Assembly: GCF_000189295.2 (NCBI RefSeq)
Contig: NC_016803.1
Span: forward strand, 3,510,001 to 3,542,000
Length of the DNA stretch: 32,000 bases
Direction: 5' to 3'
DNA from: Pseudodesulfovibrio mercurii
GTDB taxonomy: Bacteria > Desulfobacterota > Desulfovibrionia > Desulfovibrionales > Desulfovibrionaceae
Positions 1-7,910 of this stretch are shown piece by piece (the stretch's first letter is position 1; the number at the start of each line of letters is the position of its first letter). A model generated the notes under the pieces. That model did not search any database. It had not been told where the DNA came from and saw only the letters and a list, made by a program, of their open reading frames with translations. The position numbers and the translations under genes were made by a program.

Positions 1-1
1 T

Positions 2-187
2 GCCAAGGTCATGGAATTGCTCATAGTTGCTACTGGTTGGTACTTGATCGTCGTGACGTTGCTGAGTTTTTTCCAAGTGGGAATCGAGCGCAGATTCAAT
101 CGTGGGCACTCGTTCTCCGCCCGTCGGAGCCTGTTTGCTGTCTTCAAGTCTAATGTTTTGGGTAAAAAGCAACAGGGGAGAGCCTAG
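2..187 (+). CDS. amino-acid ABC transporter permease, C-terminal fragment (gene begins upstream of window)
   Basis: Frame 2 is open from the window edge to TAG at 185-187. The hydrophobic stretch [27 protein letters not shown] resembles the last TM helix and ERR tail of polar amino-acid ABC permeases. The stop lies 2 nt before the ATPase start, which fits an operon. Confidence 0.6.
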   Translation, partial: AKVMELLIVATGWYLIVVTLLSFFQVGIERRFNRGHSFSARRSLFAVFKSNVLGKKQQGRA

Positions 188-189
188 TC

Positions 190-960
190 ATGCCTCAAAC
201 CGAACCGATGCTTCGGGCATTGAATGTCCATAAATCCTTTGGCGAACACGAGATTCTCAAAGGAATCACTCTCGAAGTGAACAAGGGCGAGGTCCTGTGC
301 CTGCTTGGGCCTTCCGGCTCCGGAAAGAGCACGTTTCTTCGTTGCATCAATCACTTGGAAAGGATTAATGCCGGCCGGATTTATGTCGGCGGCGAATTGG
401 TGGGGATAAACGAGCGCAATGGCCGACTGTACGAGCAGAATGAAAACGAGCTCTGCAGGATGCGCATGAAAATCGGGATGGTTTTTCAGAGTTTCAATCT
501 CTTCCCGCACATGACCGCACTGGAAAACGTCATGGAAGGCCCGGTTACCGTGTTGAAGAAGGACCCGGAAGAGGTAAGGGCCCGCGCTTACGAGTTGTTG
601 GAAAAGGTGGGACTCCGCGATTGGGCGGATCGATTTCCCAAACAACTTTCCGGCGGCCAACAGCAACGTGTCGCCATCGCCCGTTCCCTGGCCATGGAGC
701 CCGAACTCATGCTGTTCGATGAACCGACCAGCGCCTTGGATCCTGAACTGGTGGGGGACGTCCTCAAGGTCATGCGCGACCTTGCCGAAAGCGGCATGAC
801 CATGGTCGTGGTCACCCACGAGATGGAATTTGCCAAGAACGTGGCGCACAAAGTTGTCTTCATGGACGAGGGCAACGTGTTGGAACAAGGGACCCCGATC
901 GATATATTCGAGAGCCCCCGGCATGAGCGCACAAAGGCTTTTCTGGGTTCCATCGATTGA
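190..960 (+). CDS. polar amino-acid ABC transporter ATP-binding protein (GlnQ/HisP-like)
   Basis: Walker [11 protein letters not shown]-loop, ABC signature [14 protein letters not shown], Walker [14 protein letters not shown]-loop VVVTHEM. The 256-aa length is typical. Confidence 0.95.
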   Translation: MPQTEPMLRALNVHKSFGEHEILKGITLEVNKGEVLCLLGPSGSGKSTFLRCINHLERINAGRIYVGGELVGINERNGRLYEQNENELCRMRMKIGMVFQSFNLFPHMTALENVMEGPVTVLKKDPEEVRARAYELLEKVGLRDWADRFPKQLSGGQQQRVAIARSLAMEPELMLFDEPTSALDPELVGDVLKVMRDLAESGMTMVVVTHEMEFAKNVAHKVVFMDEGNVLEQGTPIDIFESPRHERTKAFLGSID

Positions 961-1150
961 TCCCAGCTTCCGGGAGCGAAAAGTGCCCCTCAATTTCGTA
1001 ATAATTACGGCCAATACGGGATCAGGTGTTTGCCGGAAGGCGCAACCCTTCGTGAGGATGAATGGATTGTTGTCCCTTCAGGCCCATGCCTTCTGCCGTA
1101 TTACGTATGAACTGTAACCCATTCCATAAAAGGTGAGAGGAGAGAGAGTC

Positions 1151-1999
1151 TTGAAGAAATTCACCGCCATTGTTCTGTGTTTGCTCGTCTTGGGTCTGGT
1201 CGGGACGGCCTTTGCCGGCGAAAGCCGCGATCTGCTGCCTGACTCCATCAAGGAAAGCGGAAAAATCATTGTCGGCATCAACGGTATTTTCCCGCCCATG
1301 GAATTCAAGGAGCCCGGTACCGATACCCTGGTCGGCATCGATGTGGAGCTGGTCGAGGCCATCGCCAAGGAGTTGGGCGTCAAGATCCAGTACGATGACC
1401 AGCAGTTCGACCAGCTGATCAACTCCATCAACACCAAGCGTGTCGACATGGTCATCTCCGGCATGTCCGACAGCGCTGTCCGCCGTGAGTCCTTGGACTT
1501 CATCGACTACTTCAATTCCGGGACCCAGTGCTTCACCACAAAGGCCCTTGCGGGTGAGATTACCGACCTCGAGGCCCTGGACGGAAAGACCCTGGCCGTT
1601 TCCGCTGCAACGGACTACCTGACCACCATGCAGAAATGGAATGAGGACAACCTGGTTTCCAAGGGCAAGGCGGGCATCAACATCATGGCCGTCGACTCTG
1701 CCGCCTCCGCCCGCATGCAGATGTTGCAGGGCCGCGCTCAGGCCTCCGCTCTGAGCCCCGAGGCGTTGGGCTGGGCCAATGTGCAGCAGAAGGGGGCTTT
1801 TGTGGCCGTCGGACCGCTGCTGGAGTCCAATCCTTACGGCATCGCTTTCAGCAAGAACAACGCCCAGCTGCGTGACGCGGTGTACGCGGCGCTGCAGAAG
1901 GTCTTCGCCGACGGCACCTATATGGCGATCATGAAGAAGTGGGGAGCCGAGTCCGGTGCTCTGACTCAACCGCTGATCAACGGTAAAGCCGTCAATTAG
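1151..1999 (+). CDS. amino-acid ABC transporter substrate-binding protein (SBP family 3)
   Basis: The ORF track opens at GTG 1133. TTG 1151 follows the purine-rich SD GAGAGGAGAGAGAG and gives a classic signal peptide, (M)KKFTAIVLCLLVLGLVGTAFA. Family-3 SBP-like segments are present (IVGINGIFPPMEF, VDMVISGMSDS, YGIAFSKNN). Confidence 0.85.
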   Translation: MKKFTAIVLCLLVLGLVGTAFAGESRDLLPDSIKESGKIIVGINGIFPPMEFKEPGTDTLVGIDVELVEAIAKELGVKIQYDDQQFDQLINSINTKRVDMVISGMSDSAVRRESLDFIDYFNSGTQCFTTKALAGEITDLEALDGKTLAVSAATDYLTTMQKWNEDNLVSKGKAGINIMAVDSAASARMQMLQGRAQASALSPEALGWANVQQKGAFVAVGPLLESNPYGIAFSKNNAQLRDAVYAALQKVFADGTYMAIMKKWGAESGALTQPLINGKAVN

Positions 2000-2088
2000 G
2001 TCTCGTGGAATTGTCTGGAGGAGCCACTCTTGTCCAAGGGTGGCTTCTCCTTGTCTGACAACAGGAATTTTTCCCCTGACAGGGAGAT

Positions 2089-2772
2089 ATGAAAGATACA
2101 TTTACGCTTGGTATACTGACCCTCGGTCAATCGCCCCGTACGGATGTGGAGCCCTCTCTGCGCGGAATCCTGGGGCCCGATGTGCGGTTCGTACAGCGGG
2201 GCGGGCTTGACGGATTGTCCGAGGAATCCATCAGAAACCTTGCTCCCGTCGAGGGAGAACCGGGCATAGAGACCTGCGTGCTTCGGGAGAACGGTGAGCC
2301 CAAAGGTGTGTGCATCGCGAAAAGGCATTTGCTTCCGCGTCTGATCGCCGCGGGGCGGGAGCTTGAAACGCTGTGCGATATATTTTTTCTGCTCTGTTCC
2401 GGTGAATTCCCGGCGCTCAAGCACGCCGTGCCCCGGCTCATAGAGCCCATTACGTTTATCCGTTGCGTTGTCGCGGCAGTGGCCCGGCACTCGCACCTGT
2501 GTGTAATCGGGCCGGAGTCCGACATGCCCGCCGCCCCGGCGCAGTGGCAGCCCTACGCCGCACGGGTGTCGACAGCGGTTTCTTCTCCGTATGACGGAAA
2601 AGAGCGCCTCTCCGAGGCGGCGCGCACGGCAAAGGCGTCCGGGGCGAAGTATATTTTGTTGGACGACATGGGCTTCACGGAGGAGCAGCGCCAATTGGTG
2701 CGCAGCGTGTCGGGGATCGCGACATTGAATGCGACCAGCATCATGGCCCGCGCCCTTCAGGAGCTCATGTGA
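2089..2772 (+). CDS. AroM-family protein (Asp/Glu/hydantoin-racemase-like fold)
   Basis: 227 aa. N-terminal GILTLGQSPRTD and C-terminal ILLDDMGF...ATLNATSIMARALQEL match my recollection of E. coli AroM (ILTIG..P; IMLDCLGF...VLLSN.LIARL..EL). Confidence 0.6.
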   Translation: MKDTFTLGILTLGQSPRTDVEPSLRGILGPDVRFVQRGGLDGLSEESIRNLAPVEGEPGIETCVLRENGEPKGVCIAKRHLLPRLIAAGRELETLCDIFFLLCSGEFPALKHAVPRLIEPITFIRCVVAAVARHSHLCVIGPESDMPAAPAQWQPYAARVSTAVSSPYDGKERLSEAARTAKASGAKYILLDDMGFTEEQRQLVRSVSGIATLNATSIMARALQELM

Positions 2773-2806
2773 GTCTGTTTTTCAAGTTGGTCCAGTGGAG
2801 GATGAA

Positions 2807-4060
2807 ATGAAAGGCAACCTGACCATAGTGCATGCGAAGAGTCTGGCCTGTGTTTCCGACGGCAATCAACCGAGGGCGGGAAGGGCCCAGGGGGAGTTGA
2901 ACATCATCCCCGACGGGGCCGTGGCCATCCGGGAGGGGAAGATCGTCGCCGTGGGGCGGACCGACCGTGTCCTGCACGATTTTCGCGATGATGCCCCTGT
3001 TTTGGACGCCACCGGCAAAACTGTCCTGCCGGGACTGGTGGAATGCCATTCGCATCCGATCTTTGCCGGAAACCGTCACTGGGAATACGTCCGCAGGCTC
3101 GAGGGAGCCGACGGCAGGGAGATTCGGGAAGAGGGCGGCGGCATCTGGTCCACTATCGAGAACACCCGCAGGGCCGACGATGAAGCTCTCGTGCGCCAGG
3201 CGGTACGGGCCTTTGAACAGATTGCGTCCGGCGGCGTGACCACGCTTGAGGTGAAATCCGGTTACGGGTTGGACAGGGATGGGGAACTGCGTCTTTTGCG
3301 TTTGCTCAAAGAGGCCTCCAAACAGACCCGGATGGATATCGTGTTCACCTTTCTCGGGGCGCACATTGCTCCTCAGGACGGTCGCAGTGCCGAAGCGTTC
3401 GTGGCAAGCGTCAAGAACGAGATGCTTCCGGCGGTACTGGAGCAGGGCATCGCGGAGTCCCAGGACCTCTCTTGTGAGAACGGTGACTTTTCCAAGGAGC
3501 AGGCGAAAGAACTTATTGAGTGTTCTCACGCTTTGGGGTTACCTGTGCGTGTTCATGCGGATGCCTCTTCCGATTCCCTTGGCTGGCGTACCGCCGTCGA
3601 GGGAAACGCGCTTTCCGCGGATCATCTGACCTATACGCCGGATGCCGAAATCCAGGCCGTGGGAGCCACGCGCACCGTTGCCGTGCTGTTGCCGATAGCC
3701 GAGCAATTCTATCTTGATGACAGAAAGGCCAACGGACGGCTGTTCATGGAGAACAACGTGCCCGTGGCCGTGGCTACCGATTACTGTTCGTCCTTTCAGG
3801 CCACCTCTTTGCCGCTGACCATCGCTGCGGCGTGTTCCTGGTTTCGGTTTACGCCCGCGCAGGCTATTGTCGGCGCAACCTTGAACGCCGCATACGCGCT
3901 GGGTAAAAATCGGGATCGGGGTTCATTGGATGTGGGGAAACGCGGCGATGTAACAATTTTCAATTGTGAACATCCAAACCAGCTGGGGACGGCAATCGGT
4001 GCCCCCCTGGTAGAGGCGGCGATTTCTCAGGGGAACGTTATCTGGCAAGCGACAAAGTAG
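2807..4060 (+). CDS. hutI: imidazolonepropionase-like amidohydrolase
   Basis: HutI-type motifs are present: PGLVECHSHPIFAG (HxH metal site), GGGIWSTIENTR, TLEVKSGYGL, VHADA...SADHL, GSLDVGKRGD. I chose ATG 2807 (preceded by GGAGGA) over the 2729 ORF start, which overlaps the AroM gene. The canonical ATDFNPGS motif is altered (ATDYCSSF) and no hutU/hutH gene is nearby, so the substrate may differ. Confidence 0.75.
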   Translation: MKGNLTIVHAKSLACVSDGNQPRAGRAQGELNIIPDGAVAIREGKIVAVGRTDRVLHDFRDDAPVLDATGKTVLPGLVECHSHPIFAGNRHWEYVRRLEGADGREIREEGGGIWSTIENTRRADDEALVRQAVRAFEQIASGGVTTLEVKSGYGLDRDGELRLLRLLKEASKQTRMDIVFTFLGAHIAPQDGRSAEAFVASVKNEMLPAVLEQGIAESQDLSCENGDFSKEQAKELIECSHALGLPVRVHADASSDSLGWRTAVEGNALSADHLTYTPDAEIQAVGATRTVAVLLPIAEQFYLDDRKANGRLFMENNVPVAVATDYCSSFQATSLPLTIAAACSWFRFTPAQAIVGATLNAAYALGKNRDRGSLDVGKRGDVTIFNCEHPNQLGTAIGAPLVEAAISQGNVIWQATK

Positions 4061-4067
4061 GGGAATA

Positions 4068-4757
4068 ATGCAAACCGATCTGACGAAAAGGGCCGAGGTG
4101 AGCGGCGTTGAAAAAATAGCCGAGACACTGCGGCGCGCCATTTTCAAGGGAGCCTTTCTGCCTGGGGATCAACTCAAGGAAGTTGAGCTTTCCCGCTCTC
4201 TTGGAGTTTCCCGAGGATCGGTGCGGGAGGCCCTGCGTATCCTGTCGACGGAAGAGCTTGTGGTGCATTTGCCAAACAAGGGGGCCTCGGTTCGGAAATT
4301 GAGTCTTGATGAAATAGACGACATTTTCCTGACCCGCCATATCCTGGAAATCAAGGCCTGTGAGTGCATTTCCACGGCCCCCGATCACTTGTTGCGCGCC
4401 CTGGAAGACAGCACGTCCGCGTATGAAGCCGTCGCAAACCAGGATGACCAGGTGGTTATCGCCAATGCGCACATCAATTACCACAAGGCCCTTGTGGGAC
4501 TGACGGGGAGCCTGAAGCTCGTGGAACTGGAAGAAAGCCTGATGCAGACCCTGCAGGTCATCATCGCCTGTATCGAGAACGATCGGGATGACACGCAAAA
4601 TGAGGTCGCCAATCATCGCCAGATGACGGAGATGGTCCTCGCGGGCGACGTGGAAGGCGCAAAGAAATGGGTGGATGACTATATCCCCAACGGAAAAGAT
4701 TTCGTAATAGATCAGATCCGCTCCCAGGAGCAAGCACCCCGCCTGGGCCGAAGATAA
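4068..4757 (+). CDS. GntR-family transcriptional regulator (FadR/FCD subfamily)
   Basis: N-terminal winged HTH (LPGDQLKEVELSRSLGVSRGSVREALRILSTEELV) followed by an all-helical C-terminal domain of about 150 aa with NYHKALV, typical of FCD domains. Confidence 0.85.
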   Translation: MQTDLTKRAEVSGVEKIAETLRRAIFKGAFLPGDQLKEVELSRSLGVSRGSVREALRILSTEELVVHLPNKGASVRKLSLDEIDDIFLTRHILEIKACECISTAPDHLLRALEDSTSAYEAVANQDDQVVIANAHINYHKALVGLTGSLKLVELEESLMQTLQVIIACIENDRDDTQNEVANHRQMTEMVLAGDVEGAKKWVDDYIPNGKDFVIDQIRSQEQAPRLGRR

Positions 4758-4790
4758 GAAGACGCCAGAACAGTCCGTCTAATGAAAAAG

Positions 4791-4818
4791 CCTCACAGCG
4801 TCATAACACGCTGTGAGG
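4791..4818. terminator. bidirectional rho-independent terminator hairpin
   Basis: CCTCACAGCG-TCATAACA-CGCTGTGAGG is a 10-bp perfect stem. It is followed by CTTTATCTTT on + (end of the GntR gene) and by CTTTTTCATT on -. Confidence 0.7.
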
Positions 4819-4830
4819 CTTTATCTTTCC

Positions 4831-4876
4831 TGGAGCCAGGAATCGGAATTGAACCGACGACCTACTGATTACGAAG
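4831..4876 (-). repeat. displaced tRNA-Thr 3' half (pseudo-tRNA, distal att site)
   Basis: TGGAGCCAGGAATCGGAATTGAACCGACGACCTACTGATTACGAAG comprises CCA, the acceptor 3' strand, the T-arm, the variable region and the anticodon stem/loop. Sequence beyond the anticodon loop is unrelated AT-rich DNA, so there is no D-arm or 5' acceptor strand. Confidence 0.9.
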
Positions 4877-5096
4877 AAAATGTCTGGAAAATACGTGTTG
4901 AAATAATTGAACCTATTTCGATAAATTTTGTATAGTGGGGCAAAAGGGGGTATCTTGGTGTACACTAAGTATGCCAGAATAAAATTCATAAATTTTTGGA
5001 GGTTAGTTTTATTTTCTGATTTATTATGCTTAATGGTTTATCCAGAATTTGCGTGCTCCCAAACGGTTAGAGGGACGACTTACTGGCTTTTGAAAA
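4877..5096. repeat. att-arm repeat X (copy 1)
   Basis: About 220 bp that align by eye at roughly 80% with 6651-6873. It contains degenerate GTATACC-type motifs (4930-4975) and ends in ACGACTTACTGG, a decayed copy of the tRNA core. Confidence 0.7.
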
Positions 5097-5332
5097 TGTA
5101 TGGATGATAGGCGCATAATTAATTCAACTTGCTTTGTCTTTAGTTTGTTGGGGAGAAATAGTTTATCCTCGTATCTACAGGATATGAAGAGGAATTATTA
5201 AATGGGCGGGAAAGTTTGTTTGTATTCTTACCCGTGTATAGATTAATTAAAGAGTAGGCCTAGCGCGGTAGCCTCGCCTGCAACGGATAGGTGTGTACAT
5301 CTGGTAAACATGACGAGCAGAACGGGGGTGTT

Positions 5333-6247
5333 ATGTTCAACAAAATAAGAAATACGATCTCTGATAAAATAGATCGGAATAAAGAAATTAAAGAGATCAA
5401 AGATGGATACCAAAAGCAATACGGTGTGTTGGTGGAGGAGTTCCTGGATAAGATCGGAACTGATTCTTTGAAACCATTTGGCCTCAATTACCATCTGGAT
5501 AAAGAGTTGGATGTCGACCTTAATAAATGTGGCTGGATGTTGTTTGCCCGGTCAAAGGTTAGTCGACTGGGTTCGGGCATTGTTGGTGGCGCTGTTGAGT
5601 TGTTTGCCCTAGCTCACGATGTCGCTGGGCCGGTTTGGGACAACAACTTGTCGGAGGATATGAGACCCTTCACTGAAAGGTGCAGAGAAAAAGTAAGTGA
5701 CAGCTTGATATCAATCGTTCCAGCTAATGGATATTGGAGTATAAATGTTGTTGGAGAAGTCTTTAAAACCGATAATCTTGCGGCAGAATCACTCAATAAT
5801 ATGTACGATGTGTTAACAACTTACATCAATAGCGTATGCTTTGATGTGGTTGATTATCAGCTACCAGATTTTAAATCTGCAACACCAAAATGTATTATTG
5901 AATCATTTTTTGAATCAAGACAAGGCATGATGTTCAAATGCCCACGTGAATCATCTTTGTTTTGGGAATCTTCTAAGCAAGAAAAAAAATATTATCAATA
6001 CTGCCATGAGTTGTTTGGTTTGAGAGTCAAGACAAAAAGAAATGTAGAAAAAACTTCATATGATGTGAACGGACTCTCATATAAAGAAAATGTAACTGGG
6101 AAATGGGCATCCGTTGTTGTCTCCGGTGTAATTAGAACGATAGTAAATGGTACTATGATTGATCAGGAATTTCCTGCGACAAAGTATAATTTAAAATTCG
6201 ATGACTGCGGGTGGTGTATTGTCGACTACGATCATGTAGATGCATAG
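5333..6247 (+). CDS. hypothetical protein (304 aa, AT-rich orphan)
   Basis: Long ORF in AT-rich DNA. ATG 5333 is preceded by GGGGGTG, whereas the track start at 5291 is GTG. No motif recognised, and no TM segment or signal peptide is obvious. Confidence 0.6.
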   Translation: MFNKIRNTISDKIDRNKEIKEIKDGYQKQYGVLVEEFLDKIGTDSLKPFGLNYHLDKELDVDLNKCGWMLFARSKVSRLGSGIVGGAVELFALAHDVAGPVWDNNLSEDMRPFTERCREKVSDSLISIVPANGYWSINVVGEVFKTDNLAAESLNNMYDVLTTYINSVCFDVVDYQLPDFKSATPKCIIESFFESRQGMMFKCPRESSLFWESSKQEKKYYQYCHELFGLRVKTKRNVEKTSYDVNGLSYKENVTGKWASVVVSGVIRTIVNGTMIDQEFPATKYNLKFDDCGWCIVDYDHVDA

Positions 6248-6299
6248 AAATAGGTGTCATTTAGAAGTGGGTACACTTTGTTGGACCACTGAATTGTGA

Positions 6300-6555
6300 T
6301 ATTAAGTGCTTGTCAAAAGCCGTTGCAGGACTTCAACCTGGATGCTTGTCTCAACTTCCCCAGCGTAGCGGCTCGCGGCAGGATACGCCACCAGTTCCAA
6401 GCAAAGCCCCTTCCTTGCGTCCAGGGCGATCTCACGTGCGATCTCATCAGCCTTTTTGTTGAGCGGATGGACCTTGTAGAAGTTCCCCTCATGGAGATAG
6501 TGCAGGACCGGGACCTGAAGGACGCGGAGAGCAGGACGCAGTCTTTGGCCTCAGG
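6300..6555 (-). pseudogene. decayed fragment (a) of a homologue of the 401-aa gene at 8632-9837
   Basis: DNA aligns by eye with 8628-8830 (the 3' end of the 401-aa gene). It then jumps to the equivalent of about 9372-9420 (GACGCGGAGAGCAGG.CGCAGTC..TGGCCTC). This indicates an internal deletion plus 5' truncation, and no intact frame remains on the minus strand. Confidence 0.7.
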
Positions 6556-6564
6556 TTAAATACT

Positions 6565-6594
6565 AAAAAAGCGCTTATGATTTTTCATAAGCGC
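6565..6594 (-). terminator. rho-independent terminator copy (tRNA 3'-flank type)
   Basis: GCGCTTATGA-TTTT-TCATAAGCGC is preceded on + by AAAAAA, which gives a U-run on the minus strand. It is near-identical to the hairpin at 25801-25830 downstream of the intact tRNA. Confidence 0.7.
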
Positions 6595-6604
6595 TTGATT
6601 TCGC

Positions 6605-6650
6605 TGGAGCCAGGAATCGGAATTGAACCGACGACCTACTGATTACGAAG
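6605..6650 (-). repeat. displaced tRNA-Thr 3' half, copy 2 (junction between the two tandem elements)
   Basis: 46/46 identical to 4831-4876. It is followed by repeat X'. Confidence 0.9.
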
Positions 6651-6873
6651 AAAATGTCTGGAAAATAAGTGCTGAAATAATTGAACTTATTTTGCCAATT
6701 TTTGTATACCGGGACCAAAAGGCGTATCCTGGTATACACTCGGTATACCAAGGAAAAATACATGATTTTAGGGCGTTTACTTTTGATTTTTTGATTTGTT
6801 ATGATTTAAGGTTTTCCCAGAATTTGCGTGATCCCAAGCGGTTAGAGTCACGACTTACTGATTAACGATCAGT
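6651..6873. repeat. att-arm repeat X' (copy 2) with putative arm-type integrase sites
   Basis: GTATACC at 6704-6710 and 6743-6749, with variants at 6724-6730 and 6732-6738. The same TTTGTATACC...GTATACCAAGG arrangement occurs at 25771-25797. The repeat ends in GACTTACTGATTAACGATCAGT (6852-6873), a decayed anticodon-arm copy. Confidence 0.65.
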
Positions 6874-6940
6874 CCGTCATGATCTGCGATCCATTGCAAA
6901 ACATGCAAGACGAATAGCACCGGGAAGCGCCTACAGCCGT

Positions 6941-7085
6941 CAGACCGTGAAGAAGCTCTTTTCGTGGAGATAGTGCAAGGTGTGCCATATGGCGAAGGTG
7001 TCCTCGTCCTCGAAGTCGTGATGGGTTGCGCAAGATCCGTCTCTGAAAACGCTTTGAGCGGCTTCGTGTGCCAATCTTTTCGTTT
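6941..7085 (-). pseudogene. decayed fragment (b) of a homologue of the 401-aa gene
   Basis: Aligns by eye with about 8793-8985 (GAAGAAGCTC..TTC.TGGA.ATAGTGCA.GG.GTG.CA.AT.GCGAAGGTGTCCTCGTCCT.GAA.TCGTGA) and carries an internal deletion of about 60 bp. No intact frame remains. Confidence 0.65.
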
Positions 7086-7210
7086 TCCCAACATACTCTC
7101 ACGTCTGAAAACCAAAGGGTTAGGAAGGTGGCTTGCTGGCGAACTCGTTAGCTGTGTACGAATCCAACCTGAGGTACATTTGTAACCAGTTACCCTTTGG
7201 TTATGTTGTG

Positions 7211-7900
7211 TTAATATGAAAAGGCTACCCGCTCAATGCGATTTAAGACCCTGTTGCCCATGAAAAAACACAATGCTGCTACTATAGCAGCAGTGTTGGT
7301 GTCTCCAAAGTAAAAAGATATTCCTGCTATAAGTCCAGTAATAATTATGTAAGCTGCCCATAAATTTTTCTTCCGCTGTTTTTGTTTATAGTTTTCTTTG
7401 TCCAAATCTTTGAGATATGATGTTAATAAGTCGCTAGTAATTGGATTTGATATGGTTTGCGCGTGTTTAAAAAAAGCAACTCTACAAAGAGTGTCTCCGT
7501 ATTTCATTTTAATAGGATGTGAGCCATTGTTTGCAATGGTTATCAAAAGTTCTCCACCTTCCCAGTTAGGGTCAACAAATGTTGATATACTGGATACACC
7601 CTTAAGTGAAAGACGTGCTTGAGAAGCAACAAGGCCCGTAATATCTCTTGTAGAGGGCATAAATATTTTTTCTAGAGTGGCAAATGTGCATTTATCTCCT
7701 GGATATATCATGACATGGTCATGGTTTTTTTTCAGTTCAGTGAAGCTGCATTGGTCTCCACAGACGTAGAGCTCACCAACTCGAAAGTCGTAAGTACTCA
7801 TTTTTAGATTGTTATCAAAGTCAGCGTTAATGATACGAACTTTATCAGATCTGCTAGGATCATTCGTCAATAATGATTTAAGGTCGTTATTCGCTATCAT
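7211..7900 (-). CDS. dCTP deaminase/dUTPase-fold protein with C-terminal two-helix membrane anchor
   Basis: Motifs in family order: YDFRVGE, ASQARLSLKGV, FVDPNWEGGELLITIANNG, KYGDTLCRVAFF. These compare with E. coli Dcd VDVRLG, RSSLARLG, IDPGWSG..VLEFYN and G..IG.LSF as I recall them. The C-terminus has the basic stretch KQKQRKKN followed by LWAAYIIITGLIAGISFYF and AAIVAALCFFMG. ATG 7900 is preceded by an AGGAG that overlaps the upstream stop codon. Confidence 0.6.
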   Translation of the reverse strand: MIANNDLKSLLTNDPSRSDKVRIINADFDNNLKMSTYDFRVGELYVCGDQCSFTELKKNHDHVMIYPGDKCTFATLEKIFMPSTRDITGLVASQARLSLKGVSSISTFVDPNWEGGELLITIANNGSHPIKMKYGDTLCRVAFFKHAQTISNPITSDLLTSYLKDLDKENYKQKQRKKNLWAAYIIITGLIAGISFYFGDTNTAAIVAALCFFMGNRVLNRIERVAFSY

Positions 7901-7910
7901 TATTATACTC

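Noticed and set aside
1022-2101. 359-aa minus-strand ORF, and likewise 184..1014 (-)
   Set aside because: Both are antisense shadows of the ABC binding-protein and ATPase genes, which have unambiguous motifs and a signal peptide.
4831-4876. Possible additional functional tRNA genes at 4831-4876 and 6605-6650
   Set aside because: Only the 3' half is present, from CCA to the anticodon loop. Beyond ACGAA the sequence diverges into AT-rich DNA, so there is no D-arm or 5' acceptor strand and no cloverleaf can form.
4877-6873. The repeated X/X' sequences as a CRISPR array or leader
   Set aside because: There are only two copies, about 220 bp long and 1.8 kb apart. No short regularly spaced repeats and no cas genes are present.
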